A DNA stretch of 64,000 nt from Syntrophales bacterium (GTDB taxonomy: Bacteria > Desulfobacterota > Syntrophia > Syntrophales > UBA2185): positions 62,818 through 126,817 of the forward strand of contig JBKQQP010000053.1 of assembly GCA_052144335.1 (NCBI GenBank), read 5' to 3'. The position numbers and the translations under genes were made by a program. The notes under the pieces are model-generated. The model searched no databases. It saw only the letters and a program-made list of their open reading frames with translations, and had not been told where the DNA came from. Shown one piece after another: positions 23,011-32,890 of this stretch; the stretch's first letter is position 1; the number at the start of each line of letters is the position of its first letter.

Positions 23011-23646
23011 TCAGACCAATGCAGCACCCTTGTCTTGTATCGTTATCCCGTCAAGATGATCCATCTCGTGCTGGATAACCCATTCCGGATTGCTGTATGA
23101 CGAATATATGGGATCCTCCCCTGAGTAAAAGTCCTTTGATCCGTATTCTAATTCAATGCGCTCTTTCTCGATAGTATATCCGGAGATTAATACATACGGT
23201 TTTCTTCTGACTATATAGACTTTGTTGGGTATTGAACCGCATGCCTCCACGTAATTATTATCTTGCCCCTCCAGCTTCAGAATCTCCGGGTTTATAACGG
23301 AGATATATTTTCTTTCCGTTGTCGGAATGAGTATTTGCCTGATTGGCGTCTGTGTCAAGTTCCAGTATATATTGTTGGAGCTTACGCCGACAAACTTATA
23401 CATGTCTCTCATATGTCTCATAATTCTATCCAGGTCTTTGGCCACATGCAGTTCTTTATCCAGATCTACTTCGCGCGCCTTGGCTTTCACCCAATCGTTA
23501 TCATCGACGATAGTTGCTATCCTGAGTCCATCTTCATCCCACATGCGATGGATGCTGGTTGCTTCAAGACTTGAAGTCTTTTTGTTTTTCTTCTTGAAAA
23601 ACATAATCTGTCTGTACGAAAGCGGTGCCTGGATTCCCGTCTGCAC
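23011..23646 (-). CDS. atypical, C-terminally short peptide deformylase homolog
   Basis: Motif 3 QHEMDHLDG is canonical. Motif 2 is EACGSIP (usual EGCLS). Motif 1 is FVGVSSNNI (usual GxGxAAPQ). The start is uncertain among GTG 23646, ATG 23604 and ATG 23544. The last gives a PDF-like N-terminus, MWDEDGLRIATIV. Confidence 0.65.
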   Translation of the reverse strand: MQTGIQAPLSYRQIMFFKKKNKKTSSLEATSIHRMWDEDGLRIATIVDDNDWVKAKAREVDLDKELHVAKDLDRIMRHMRDMYKFVGVSSNNIYWNLTQTPIRQILIPTTERKYISVINPEILKLEGQDNNYVEACGSIPNKVYIVRRKPYVLISGYTIEKERIELEYGSKDFYSGEDPIYSSYSNPEWVIQHEMDHLDGITIQDKGAALV

Positions 23647-23661
23647 GGGAACGATGTCTGA

Positions 23662-23702
23662 TTTTAGATATCAGCTACAGCAGACCTGAAGGTCTGCACT
23701 AC
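23662..23702 (+). repeat. 41-nt REP-like element, copy A
   Basis: TTTTAGATATCAGCTACAGCAGACCTGAAGGTCTGCACTAC, containing the hairpin GCAGACC-TGAA-GGTCTGC. It matches copy B at 40 of 41 positions. Confidence 0.8.
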
Positions 23703-23757
23703 GTTAAATATTGTGGGATAGCGAATGGGCTTGCCGTCCACCACAGATGTGAGGATT

Positions 23758-24498
23758 TTATACCTTCACCGTTCGGCCGTCTTCAGCATATTCATATTCA
23801 GTTTTATCTGACATAGCGAGCATGTCTGAACTCATGTGGATCAGCATCAGGCGCTTTGCCAGGGTCCTGGGATAATTCTGTTTCAGCGTCATATAATCCA
23901 TATGCCCCTTGATCTTCTTTTCATAAAAGTATGCCTCGGCTATGAACAGGTCTGCACCGGCGGCTGCTTCACAGAGCATTTCTGTCCATTCTGTATCGCT
24001 CGAATAGCCAATGACTTTCCTGTCACACTCTATTCGCAGGGAAAAGGATGAATCGCCGTGATGAAGGTTCGAATAAGGGGTTGCCGTAACATCTCTTATA
24101 GTCTCGGGGCAGCGATCCTTGAACTCGATGATTTCAAGTGGGAACCGCCTATTCACCCGGGAAGAGCCGGGAAAAAATATTTCCATCGCCTGAGAAATCC
24201 ATTCCTTCATACCCGGAGGTCCCACGATCAGAAGGGGTTCGCTTCGTTTGTACAAGAGCTGCGAACCGATCAGGAGAAAGGGAATTCCGCCGCAGTGATC
24301 TCCATGCAGGTGGGAAATGAAAATCATGTTTATATCATTCGGGTCGACGGCGTACCGGTTTATCCCGATCAAAGCGGATGCACCGCAGTCGATCAGAAAT
24401 CGGCCGCGGGTGTACCGGACAAGAACGCAGCTCTGGAGCCTCCCGCCGCTTCCAAAGGCGTCACCGCTGCCGAGGAATTTGATTTCAACGTTACTCAT
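23758..24498 (-). CDS. MBL-fold metallo-hydrolase
   Basis: 246 aa with ISHLHGDHCGG (HxHxDH) and downstream His/Asp ligand contexts. Confidence 0.8.
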   Translation of the reverse strand: MSNVEIKFLGSGDAFGSGGRLQSCVLVRYTRGRFLIDCGASALIGINRYAVDPNDINMIFISHLHGDHCGGIPFLLIGSQLLYKRSEPLLIVGPPGMKEWISQAMEIFFPGSSRVNRRFPLEIIEFKDRCPETIRDVTATPYSNLHHGDSSFSLRIECDRKVIGYSSDTEWTEMLCEAAAGADLFIAEAYFYEKKIKGHMDYMTLKQNYPRTLAKRLMLIHMSSDMLAMSDKTEYEYAEDGRTVKV

Positions 24499-24638
24499 GA
24501 TATACCGCCCGTTATGAAATTTGTTTGCTTTTCGTCTGGATCAGAATGTTGGACCGCATCCCTGTTGCCTTTGCAGTCAACTGTTTGCACTTGATGTATC
24601 TTTCCTGTTCCCCAGGCTTTCGAGGATGAGTGAACAGT

Positions 24639-24679
24639 TTTTAGATATCAGCCACAGCAGACCTGAAGGTCTGCACTAC
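24639..24679 (+). repeat. 41-nt REP-like element, copy B
   Basis: TTTTAGATATCAGCCACAGCAGACCTGAAGGTCTGCACTAC, in the same orientation as copy A. Confidence 0.8.
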
Positions 24680-24737
24680 CTTCAACAATGAGAGAAATTG
24701 CCGCGGCGCGGCGCGCCTCCCAGTGATGGTGTGCTTT

Positions 24738-25223
24738 CTACACCTCTTGTACTTTTACGCGCAGTATTTTGTCTCCCTGCTGAATTGCATCGACTACGTC
24801 CTGGCCGCTCACCACTTTACCGAATACGGTGTGTCTGCCGTTCAGGTGCGGTTGTGGGGAATGCGTGATGAAGAACTGGCTCCCGTTCGTGTTCGGTCCG
24901 GAATTCGCCATGGAGATCACCCCTGTTTCATGCTTCAAGGGATTTTCCTTCAACTCATCGACAAACTTGTAGCCGGGGCCGCCCCTTCCCGTGCCTGTCG
25001 GATCTCCGCCCTGTATCATGAAATTTTTTATCACCCGATGAAAGGATACGTCGTCATAGAAACCCTCTTTCGCGAGGAAGACAAAGTTATTGACCGTTTT
25101 GGGTGCATGCTGCGGATATAGCTCCAGTTCAATGTCACCCCTGCTCGTTTCAATGAAGGCCTTGTATCTCTTGGCCAGATCGATCTGCATTTCAGGTGGA
25201 TTTTTCCATTCCATATTTTTCAT
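24738..25223 (-). CDS. cyclophilin-type peptidyl-prolyl cis-trans isomerase
   Basis: 161 aa with [27 protein letters not shown] and [10 protein letters not shown]. Confidence 0.9.
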   Translation of the reverse strand: MKNMEWKNPPEMQIDLAKRYKAFIETSRGDIELELYPQHAPKTVNNFVFLAKEGFYDDVSFHRVIKNFMIQGGDPTGTGRGGPGYKFVDELKENPLKHETGVISMANSGPNTNGSQFFITHSPQPHLNGRHTVFGKVVSGQDVVDAIQQGDKILRVKVQEV

Positions 25224-25312
25224 CAGTTATTCCTCCTTGACACGATTGCTTGGGAAAACCGGGGACAGCAGTCTTGATTCGCAGAACGATATCTGAAACG
25301 GCTTTTTACAAT

Positions 25313-27403
25313 TTACCACAATATCCGGGCGTCCACGGCAATACATCTGTTGCTCGTCGCTATAACAGGATTGATGTCCAGCTCCGAGATATCCGATAGT
25401 GTGCTTGCAAGAAACGATAGCCTTTCCAAAATGTCGACGAGACCCTTCCAGTCAATGCCTGCCTCGCCCCTCAATCCTTTCAATATAGGCGCTATCTTGA
25501 GAGATGAGAGCATACCATCGGCCTCTTCCTGATCGACAGGGACAATCGCCCGACTGATGTCCTTGAAGACTTCCGTATAAATACCGCCAAGGCCGCAGGC
25601 GACAACGTGACCGAATTCATGGTCTCTCTTCAAACCCAAGAGCAGTTCATGCCCATGGATCTGCTCCTGAATCTGCACGGCTTCGACCTTAGCATCCGGC
25701 TGGCGCGCGCTCGCGTTATGAAGAACCCGGTCGAAGGCGCGATGAAGATCTTCCACACTCCTGATTCCCGTCACGACGCCCCCCCATTCCGTCTTGTGCA
25801 GGAATGCGGCCCCGGTCAACTTCAGCACAAGCGGGTACGTCATAGATGATGCGATGTTTTCCAATTCTTTGCGACTTCTAGCGATGCCGCTCTTGACAAC
25901 GGGAATGCCGAAGAGATCCAATAGCAGCAGCGCCTCATCTCCGACCAGGAGCTTCTCTTTCCTACCCTTCTCGGCGAAAGGACGCAGTTTTTCAAGATCG
26001 ATGGGGAACGTCCTTTGCAGAGGAATACGGCGTTTCATAGCTTGGTGATATCTGTAGCAGAATGCAAGCCCATGCACCGTCTGCTCTATGGTATTAAAAC
26101 AGGCCACTCCGGGAATACTCTCAAATTTATCGATAATGGAAGAAGTGTCCAAGTAAGGCCATAGTGCAAGCGGCTTTCTATTGCCTGCATTTTTTCTTGA
26201 TTCCTTGACGGATTCAACCATGTTGAGAATCTGATGAAGCGGAGAGTTTGACGTAGGCAGGATGGCCAAGACCCCATCCACCTCCTTGGAGCGCAGTAAT
26301 TCTGTCAGCGCTGTGCCGAATGATCCGGTATAATTGCCGCCAATCATGCCAATGGGCCAGATGTCCACCGGATTGCCGACATGAATCCAGTCAGGCAACC
26401 CACCAGAAAGTTTATCCGCCAGCCCTTCGGGGATCTTTGCCAATTCCAGTCCATAATCTTCGCAGGCATCCGCCGTCATGATACCACCTGCGCCCGTTAC
26501 GCTCACCACTCCGAGCCGCGGTCCTTCCATCTCCTCCATGAGCAGAAGGGCATGAATCGCGTCAATTAGTTCAATCCCGCTTTTCACCCGGATTATGCCG
26601 GCCCGTTTGCAGCCAGCATCAAAGACTTGATCCTCTCCGACCAGTGAACCGGTATGAGAAAGTGCGGCTTTGGCGCCTGCTTGGCTGCGGCCTGACTTAA
26701 ACACAATGACAGGTTTATTAAGCGTAACCCGAGATATAATCTTCAGAAAATCAGAGCCACGTTTAACCCCTTCCATGTGAATGACAATAATTTTTGTCTC
26801 CGGGTCGTCTGCGAGATAAGCGAGAGAGTCAACCGCATCAATGTCACAGCCGTTGCCTATATCGATTGCCTTTCCCCAATCTCTATATGCCATGTTCTGC
26901 GATGCAACTTGAATGACTCCCGTCTGGGCAATCAGCGAAACCGGTGAAAAGGTCTCGGGTCGAACCACATCAATAAAAGAGGTGGTAAATTTTCTGAAAT
27001 TATTTAGAACTCCCATCGTGTTGGGGCCCAGGATGCGCACGCCATTTGCCTTGGCTTTTGCTACGATTTCTTCCTGCAGTTTCTTGCCTCTTTCGTCTGC
27101 GTCGGCAAAGCCCTGTGTGATAATGATCATCCGTCTGGCACCGGCTGAAATACACTGATCAAGCATAGGAATCACCCGTTCTCTGCCAACAGATATCACG
27201 GCCAAATCGGCGGTCTCCGGGACATCAGCAATAGAAGGATAAGTCTTGAGACCGCAAATTTCCGTGGTGTTTGGATTAACGGGAAATATCTTTCCCTCAT
27301 AGCCGTAACGCAAAAGTGTTTCTGCGTTGTTGAAAGAACCGTTGCCGGTGTTACGCGGGACACCGATGAGAGCAACTGACGCGGGGTCAAGAAATTTCTG
27401 CAT
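25313..27403 (-). CDS. ADP-forming acyl/acetyl-CoA synthetase (CoA-binding + ligase-CoA + ATP-grasp)
   Basis: 696 aa with N-terminal PASVALIGVPRN and the typical three-domain ACS(NDP-forming) layout. Confidence 0.85.
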   Translation of the reverse strand: MQKFLDPASVALIGVPRNTGNGSFNNAETLLRYGYEGKIFPVNPNTTEICGLKTYPSIADVPETADLAVISVGRERVIPMLDQCISAGARRMIIITQGFADADERGKKLQEEIVAKAKANGVRILGPNTMGVLNNFRKFTTSFIDVVRPETFSPVSLIAQTGVIQVASQNMAYRDWGKAIDIGNGCDIDAVDSLAYLADDPETKIIVIHMEGVKRGSDFLKIISRVTLNKPVIVFKSGRSQAGAKAALSHTGSLVGEDQVFDAGCKRAGIIRVKSGIELIDAIHALLLMEEMEGPRLGVVSVTGAGGIMTADACEDYGLELAKIPEGLADKLSGGLPDWIHVGNPVDIWPIGMIGGNYTGSFGTALTELLRSKEVDGVLAILPTSNSPLHQILNMVESVKESRKNAGNRKPLALWPYLDTSSIIDKFESIPGVACFNTIEQTVHGLAFCYRYHQAMKRRIPLQRTFPIDLEKLRPFAEKGRKEKLLVGDEALLLLDLFGIPVVKSGIARSRKELENIASSMTYPLVLKLTGAAFLHKTEWGGVVTGIRSVEDLHRAFDRVLHNASARQPDAKVEAVQIQEQIHGHELLLGLKRDHEFGHVVACGLGGIYTEVFKDISRAIVPVDQEEADGMLSSLKIAPILKGLRGEAGIDWKGLVDILERLSFLASTLSDISELDINPVIATSNRCIAVDARILW

Positions 27404-27508
27404 TTATAAACTCACTTTCCATTGCTTTTGGGTAAGCCCTGATTTGCGCGACTTTCTTCCTCCTCCCGTCGCGGGCTTATACATACTTCTTTTCTCAATC
27501 ACGGTATA

Positions 27509-27536
27509 GAAAAAAATTCCCGCCTCGCGGGAATTT
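27509..27536 (-). terminator. rho-independent terminator after the methyltransferase gene
   Basis: Stem AATTCCCGC (27515-27523) / GCGGGAATT (27527-27535) with a 3-nt loop. The A-run at 27510-27516 is a U-run on the minus strand. Confidence 0.6.
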
Positions 27537-27579
27537 CCTGGCGAGTGCAACTTTTTTGAGTCGGGGATAGGTTTTGTGC

Positions 27580-28260
27580 TCAGGGCTTGAGCCATCGCAC
27601 GGCAGCAAACGCGCCTGTCATCAATCCCATGGTATGACCTTCACGCTCCGTCTCCACAGCTTTTTCAGGTGCATCTTCCTTGTCAAAATGGATGGCCGTT
27701 CTCACCACGCCCTGGACAGATGAAAGGGAGAGCAGGTCATCAGGCGATCTCAAGACGGCCTGGCTGAAAATGGAATGTCCTTTTCTTGCCTCCTCCCTTC
27801 TACGGGCTGCCCAAGGGCTCCCGCTGTTGAGGGTTGCCACTACAACGACCCCGCCTCTTTGTACAACACGAAATAACTCAGCCACAGCAGCTTCGGCCTC
27901 GGCAATAAATTCGAGGGCAGTGATGGAGACAACCTTGTTGAAGGACTCTGCACGAAATGGCAGAGTTGATATATCGCCCCGCACCGCACGGAAGGGAGAC
28001 CTTCCGAACTTTTCCCTTGCGCGCCAAAGCATGGGAAAAGATATATCGATCCCTATTACCTTTGATCCTCTCGAGATAATATCGCGCGTAAACACCCCCG
28101 TGCCGCAGCCTGCATCAAGAGTTATTTCTCCGGGAGCAGGATTCAAAAAGTTCAATATAAGTTCGCTTTCGTATTTTCTTACGAGGGAACCGACAGGGGT
28201 CGTGAACCACAGGTCATATTTTTCAGGCCATTCGTCAAAAATAGCTTTCTCTCTTGTCAT
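27580..28260 (-). CDS. class I SAM-dependent methyltransferase
   Basis: LDAGCGTGVFTRDI motif. I prefer the ATG at 28260 (MTREKAIFDEW..., GGAGG 11 nt upstream) over the ORF-track start at 28350. Confidence 0.75.
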   Translation of the reverse strand: MTREKAIFDEWPEKYDLWFTTPVGSLVRKYESELILNFLNPAPGEITLDAGCGTGVFTRDIISRGSKVIGIDISFPMLWRAREKFGRSPFRAVRGDISTLPFRAESFNKVVSITALEFIAEAEAAVAELFRVVQRGGVVVVATLNSGSPWAARRREEARKGHSIFSQAVLRSPDDLLSLSSVQGVVRTAIHFDKEDAPEKAVETEREGHTMGLMTGAFAAVRWLKP

Positions 28261-28346
28261 GGATAAACGGTACCTCCAGCATTTGCCTCTATGGTTCCAC
28301 TCGCAATTACGAATACTTAATAAGCTATCACCTTTTTCAGAGAGGG

Positions 28347-28682
28347 TCAATTTCGTTTGGGAGCGTGCGCGGTTTCATCAATGGATATATGCGGGTAGTT
28401 CAGCTGCGTCCACAATGGCGCTCTATCTCGTATTCCCAAATAGCCCTTGACATTCAAATACATTTTATTTACTTCTCTTGCAGAAGTGACTGACCAAAGA
28501 AACCCAATAATGACATGAGAGCCGGAAATAAGCCGCATGATGCACTTGAGAGCCTTGTCCGCGTCTTTGAAGCCAAAGGATGGCTCAATCAGACGCTCCG
28601 CGTCAGGCATCGTGACAGAAGATATCGGATATTCTGCAGCAAGAAGAAATTCCTTGCCTACCGGATAAACGATAACAGTCAT
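28347..28682 (-). CDS. hypothetical protein
   Basis: The ORF track gives a TTG start at 28733. The first ATG (28682) gives MTVIVYPVGKEFLLAAEYPISS... I recognise no motif. It looks more protein-like than the overlapping Arg-rich plus-strand ORF at 28515-28832. Confidence 0.3.
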   Translation of the reverse strand: MTVIVYPVGKEFLLAAEYPISSVTMPDAERLIEPSFGFKDADKALKCIMRLISGSHVIIGFLWSVTSAREVNKMYLNVKGYLGIRDRAPLWTQLNYPHISIDETAHAPKRN

Positions 28683-28839
28683 GTCCCGCACGGTTTTCCC
28701 GGCTGGCCCGTGTGTATCATCACCGTTGATCAAATCATTGACGATTACGAGATGTCTCGGTTCCCATCAACTGAGCCCAGTGCGCGCGACTGGCTACGTT
28801 GCATCAACGAAGGCGACTTCGAAGTGATCTGAGAGGCTC

Positions 28840-29769
28840 ATGAATATGAAGATAATCGTTTCCGGGTCTCTGGCATACGACAGGATTATGGATTTCCCGG
28901 GACACTTTTCGGATCACATCCTTCCCGGGAAGATCCACGTCTTGAATGTCTGCTTCCAGGTTAACGGCATGAGGGAGAAATTCGGCGGCACGGCAGGAAA
29001 TATTGCCTACGCTCTGTCTCTCGTAGGCGAAAAGCCGATCATATCCGCCGCTATCGGTCATGATCATCACAGGTACTTCGACTGGATGGCGAAGAACGGG
29101 ATCCCCACAGACGACATCAAAATCATAAAAGATGAATTCACGGCATGCGCCTACATAACTACCGACCTTGCCGACAACCAGATCACCGGCTTCAACCCCG
29201 GCGCCATGAAATATTCTTCATCTCTCGATTTCGACAAGCTCAACTCTGAGGATACTATCGCCATCATCTCTCCCGGCAATCTCGAAGACATGGTAAACTA
29301 TCCGCGCATCTGTAAAGAAAGAGGAATCGGCTACATCTTTGATCCCGGACAATCTCTGCCCGTGCTCAATGCCCCGGATGTTGCAGACGCCATAGACGGG
29401 TGCCGGATCCTGATATCCAATGATTATGAATTGGACCTGATCACGAAGAAGACCGCTTTAGACAGGAATGATTTGATACGGCGGGCCGGGACTGTCATTG
29501 TCACCTTAGGGGAGAAGGGTTCGCAGGTTCTCACGGCGGGCGGCGAAATAAATATCCCTGCCATTAAGCCGAGGAAGGTCGAAGACCCGACAGGCGCCGG
29601 CGATGCATACAGGGGCGGGCTGATAAGCGGACTGATCAAAGGCAAGGATATCGAAGAGTGCGCCAGGATGGGGAGCGTATGCGCCTCTTTTGCGGTGGAG
29701 AGTTATGGAACGCAGGACTACAGGTTCGGCCCTGAGGAATTCGAGGAGAGACTCAACAGATCATTGTGA
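28840..29769 (+). CDS. PfkB-family carbohydrate/nucleoside kinase
   Basis: 309 aa with the C-terminal signature DPTGAGDAYRGGLI. The start is 28840 or 28846. Confidence 0.8.
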   Translation: MNMKIIVSGSLAYDRIMDFPGHFSDHILPGKIHVLNVCFQVNGMREKFGGTAGNIAYALSLVGEKPIISAAIGHDHHRYFDWMAKNGIPTDDIKIIKDEFTACAYITTDLADNQITGFNPGAMKYSSSLDFDKLNSEDTIAIISPGNLEDMVNYPRICKERGIGYIFDPGQSLPVLNAPDVADAIDGCRILISNDYELDLITKKTALDRNDLIRRAGTVIVTLGEKGSQVLTAGGEINIPAIKPRKVEDPTGAGDAYRGGLISGLIKGKDIEECARMGSVCASFAVESYGTQDYRFGPEEFEERLNRSL

Positions 29770-29815
29770 TATAACGAGTAGGCCCGGCATAAAAATAACG
29801 TCAGGAGAAAATACC

Positions 29816-30253
29816 ATGGCAAAGATGAAAACGGTAAGCATCGAGGCAAAGTCTGATGATAGATTCAAGGTTGAAGTAAAGGCGGGAAACCATACGCTCT
29901 ATGTCGACCAGCCGACAACGGGCGGTGGAAAAGATACGGGACCGAACCCCATCGAATACATGTTCACGTCCCTTGCGGGCTGCATCGCCACGGTGGCAAG
30001 AATCATTGCCATCCAGAAAAGACTTAAGCTTAACGGCATGCAGATGAGGGTGGAAGGGACATTTGATCAGGAGACGATACTCGGCAAAAGCAAGGAGAAC
30101 AGGCCCGGAGTCGAAGGCATAAATGTTACCTTAAGCATCGATGCCGAGATGACGAAGGAGGAAAAAGAGGCCTTCGTGCATGAAATAGAAAACAGGTGTC
30201 CTGTTTCGGACAACCTGTCCTGTACAACTCCCATTAAAGTTGAATTGGTGTGA
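29816..30253 (+). CDS. OsmC-family peroxiredoxin-like protein
   Basis: MAKMKTVSIEAK...GGGKDTGPNPIEYMFTSLAGCIA...CPV. AGGAGA lies upstream of the ATG at 29816. The ORF-track start at 29690 overlaps the previous gene. Confidence 0.8.
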   Translation: MAKMKTVSIEAKSDDRFKVEVKAGNHTLYVDQPTTGGGKDTGPNPIEYMFTSLAGCIATVARIIAIQKRLKLNGMQMRVEGTFDQETILGKSKENRPGVEGINVTLSIDAEMTKEEKEAFVHEIENRCPVSDNLSCTTPIKVELV

Positions 30254-30354
30254 TTCTCAGAACAAAAGTGATTGATCGATTTCACGGGCGATGGGAGGAT
30301 TCTTCGACCACCTTTACTCTTTTCATTCTACCCTGACAGAAAAGAAGGCGCGGA

Positions 30355-30738
30355 TCAGCCGTATCCGAGCTCCGCAAGCCTTTCCTCACTGATTCCCAAA
30401 AAATGCGCGATTTCATGCACCACGGTAATTTCTATTTGTTCCTCAAGTTCGTCTACCGTGTTGCACATTTTTTCTAAAGGCTCCTGAAACAGAATAATGG
30501 TATCCGGGTAAAGGGGCGGATAGAACACGGAACGATCCATGAGTGCTGTACCCCTGTAGATGCCAAGCAAAGGTTCATTCCGATGAAGGCCCATCTCCTG
30601 GAGAATTCCCTTAGAAGGACGCTTCTGAACGGAGATGACGATATTTTTTAGATGGCGTCTTATCTCCGATGGGATGCGGTTGATCGCTCTTTTTACAGCC
30701 CGATCAATTTCCGTCTCGCCCAGCTTTAGAGTCTTCAT
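30355..30738 (-). CDS. small zincin-like metallopeptidase family protein (DUF1025 type)
   Basis: 127 aa with LLGIYRGTAL...IILFQEPLE...ITVVHEIAHFLGISEERLAELGY. Confidence 0.7.
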   Translation of the reverse strand: MKTLKLGETEIDRAVKRAINRIPSEIRRHLKNIVISVQKRPSKGILQEMGLHRNEPLLGIYRGTALMDRSVFYPPLYPDTIILFQEPLEKMCNTVDELEEQIEITVVHEIAHFLGISEERLAELGYG

Positions 30739-30807
30739 AATAGGTCCACTATAACAGCAGGACTAAAGCCATGCACTGCGTTCCCTAAAATCCCCCTGCA
30801 TCCCCCT

Positions 30808-32802
30808 TTATGAGAGGGGATTGATAGAAGATGCTTCGTGGGTTGCAATTTTTTTGGTAAGCGTTTCCCATGAAGAGTACAAATTTTCGAGTTCGCTGGT
30901 AATATCATGCAGCTCCTGACTCAGGATTTTGATCTTCTGCGGATCCCTGTGAATGCCTGGTTCACAAAGAATCTTTTCGTTGTCCGCCTTCTTCTCTTCG
31001 AGGTCGATAATGTGATTCTCCAGCGCCTTGAGTTTCTTCTTAAAGTCGCTCATGATTCGCGAATGCCGATTTCTTTCCTCCGCCTCCAGCCGTTTCTCCT
31101 CCTTCGTCTTAAAAGGCTTGCGGCCGGGTGTCATCTCAGTTACTTCCGGCAGCGAGGCCGTTGCAGAAGGATTGCCGGTCACAGATGCCGCGGCCATTTC
31201 ACCGCGCTTCTGGATGAAGTAAGAGTAGTTGCCAAGATATTCGTAGCATCTCCCGTCGCGAATCTCGATCACCCTGGTCACGAGGCGATCCAGAAAATAG
31301 CGGTCGTGGGATACGATCACAACCGTACCCGTATAGCCGAGCAGGGCATTCTGGAGAATCTCTTTTGTTTTCATGTCCAGATGATTGGTGGGCTCGTCGA
31401 GGATCAGCAGGTTGGAATCCTGGAGAAGTATTTTCAACAGGGCGAGGCGAGACTTCTCCCCGCCGGATAGCACGGAAATCTCCTTGTAGATGTCATTCCC
31501 GGAGAAGAGAAAAGTCCCGAGGAGGTTCCGTCTTTCCTGATCATTGCTGCGACCGCCAACCAGGCAGACATCGTCCCAGATGGTACGCCCGTAGTCGAGG
31601 TTCTGGGCGCTTTCCTGAGAAAAGAAGGCCATGCTCACGTTGAGGCCATAGGTGACCGTACCGGAAGATGGCTCTTCTATGCTGCCGAGAATCCTGGCCA
31701 TGGTGGATTTACCTGCCCCGTTGACACCAACAAGAGCGATCTTTTCGCTCCTGTGGATTGTCAGGTCAAAGGAATTGAAAACGCAGAGGTCCCCATAGCT
31801 TTTCCCGACCTGTCTTACAGATACAACATCCCTGCCACTTTTAGGCGCTTCGGGAAATCTGATATGAACCTGTCTTCGGCTTCTTTCGCTTTCAATGACT
31901 TCAAACCGTTCTAGCATCTTGATGCGGCTCTGAACCTGCTTGGCCTTGGTGGCTTTATATCGGAACCGCTCGATGAATTCCTGCGTCTTCTTGATCTCTC
32001 CGCGCTGAAGGGCCATCTGTTTTTTCAAGGCCTCCAGACGCCGTTCCTTCTCCGCGAGATAGTAGGAGTAGTTTCCCTTGTAGACGGTGAGGCGATGATT
32101 GGCGAGCTCCACTATCTGATTGACCATCTTATCCAGGAATACGCGGTCGTGCGCAATGGCAAGCAGGGTGCCGTGGTAATTCTTCAGATAGCTTTCCAGC
32201 CACTCCATGCTTTCCGTATCCAGGTGATTGGTCGGCTCATCGAGGAGCATGATATCCGGGGCGGACAGTAAGATCAGGGCAATCAGGATGCGCATCTTCC
32301 AGCCGCCGGAAAATTCAATGCAGTTCTTGGAGAAATCCTTTTCGCGGAACCCGAAGCCGTTTAGTATCTGCTTCGCCTTTGCGTCGAAACGGTATCCCTC
32401 GGCAGTCTGAAAGCAGGCAGTCGTGGCTTCATATGCCTTCAGTATCACCTGATACTCGGTCGAGCCAGGATCACAGTGGGACATATGTCTTTCCTGATTT
32501 TTCAGGGTCTGCTCAATATCTTCGATGCCACTCTTCTTACGCAGATATTCTATGAGAGGAAAAGGCTCCAGTTCTACCAGGTCCTGGGGCAGATAACCTA
32601 TTGTCCTGTTCCTTCTATTCGGAATCTCTATGCTGCCCCCGTCGATATCGACCATCCCCAGGATGGCCCGGAAAAGGGTGGTCTTCCCGGTGCCGTTATC
32701 ACCTACGAGACCGATCCTGCTTTTTTCTGGAATCATCCAGGTGATGTTGTCGAAGATCCTGTTGTCGGCAAAGGACAGGGAAATGTTGTTTAGATAAATC
32801 AC
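30808..32802 (-). CDS. ABC-F family ATPase (two ABC domains, coiled-coil C-terminus)
   Basis: 664 aa with GLVGDNGTGKTTL / LSGGWKMR / LLDEPTNHLD and GVNGAGKST / LSGGEKSR / ILDEPTNHLD. It has no TM domain. Confidence 0.9.
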   Translation of the reverse strand: MIYLNNISLSFADNRIFDNITWMIPEKSRIGLVGDNGTGKTTLFRAILGMVDIDGGSIEIPNRRNRTIGYLPQDLVELEPFPLIEYLRKKSGIEDIEQTLKNQERHMSHCDPGSTEYQVILKAYEATTACFQTAEGYRFDAKAKQILNGFGFREKDFSKNCIEFSGGWKMRILIALILLSAPDIMLLDEPTNHLDTESMEWLESYLKNYHGTLLAIAHDRVFLDKMVNQIVELANHRLTVYKGNYSYYLAEKERRLEALKKQMALQRGEIKKTQEFIERFRYKATKAKQVQSRIKMLERFEVIESERSRRQVHIRFPEAPKSGRDVVSVRQVGKSYGDLCVFNSFDLTIHRSEKIALVGVNGAGKSTMARILGSIEEPSSGTVTYGLNVSMAFFSQESAQNLDYGRTIWDDVCLVGGRSNDQERRNLLGTFLFSGNDIYKEISVLSGGEKSRLALLKILLQDSNLLILDEPTNHLDMKTKEILQNALLGYTGTVVIVSHDRYFLDRLVTRVIEIRDGRCYEYLGNYSYFIQKRGEMAAASVTGNPSATASLPEVTEMTPGRKPFKTKEEKRLEAEERNRHSRIMSDFKKKLKALENHIIDLEEKKADNEKILCEPGIHRDPQKIKILSQELHDITSELENLYSSWETLTKKIATHEASSINPLS

Positions 32803-32890
32803 TGATTAAATACCGATATCAACCCTATTTCGAGGTGAGGAGTATAATGAAAAAAGACGGGGGTGTCAATACAAGGGAGGTCATCACATC

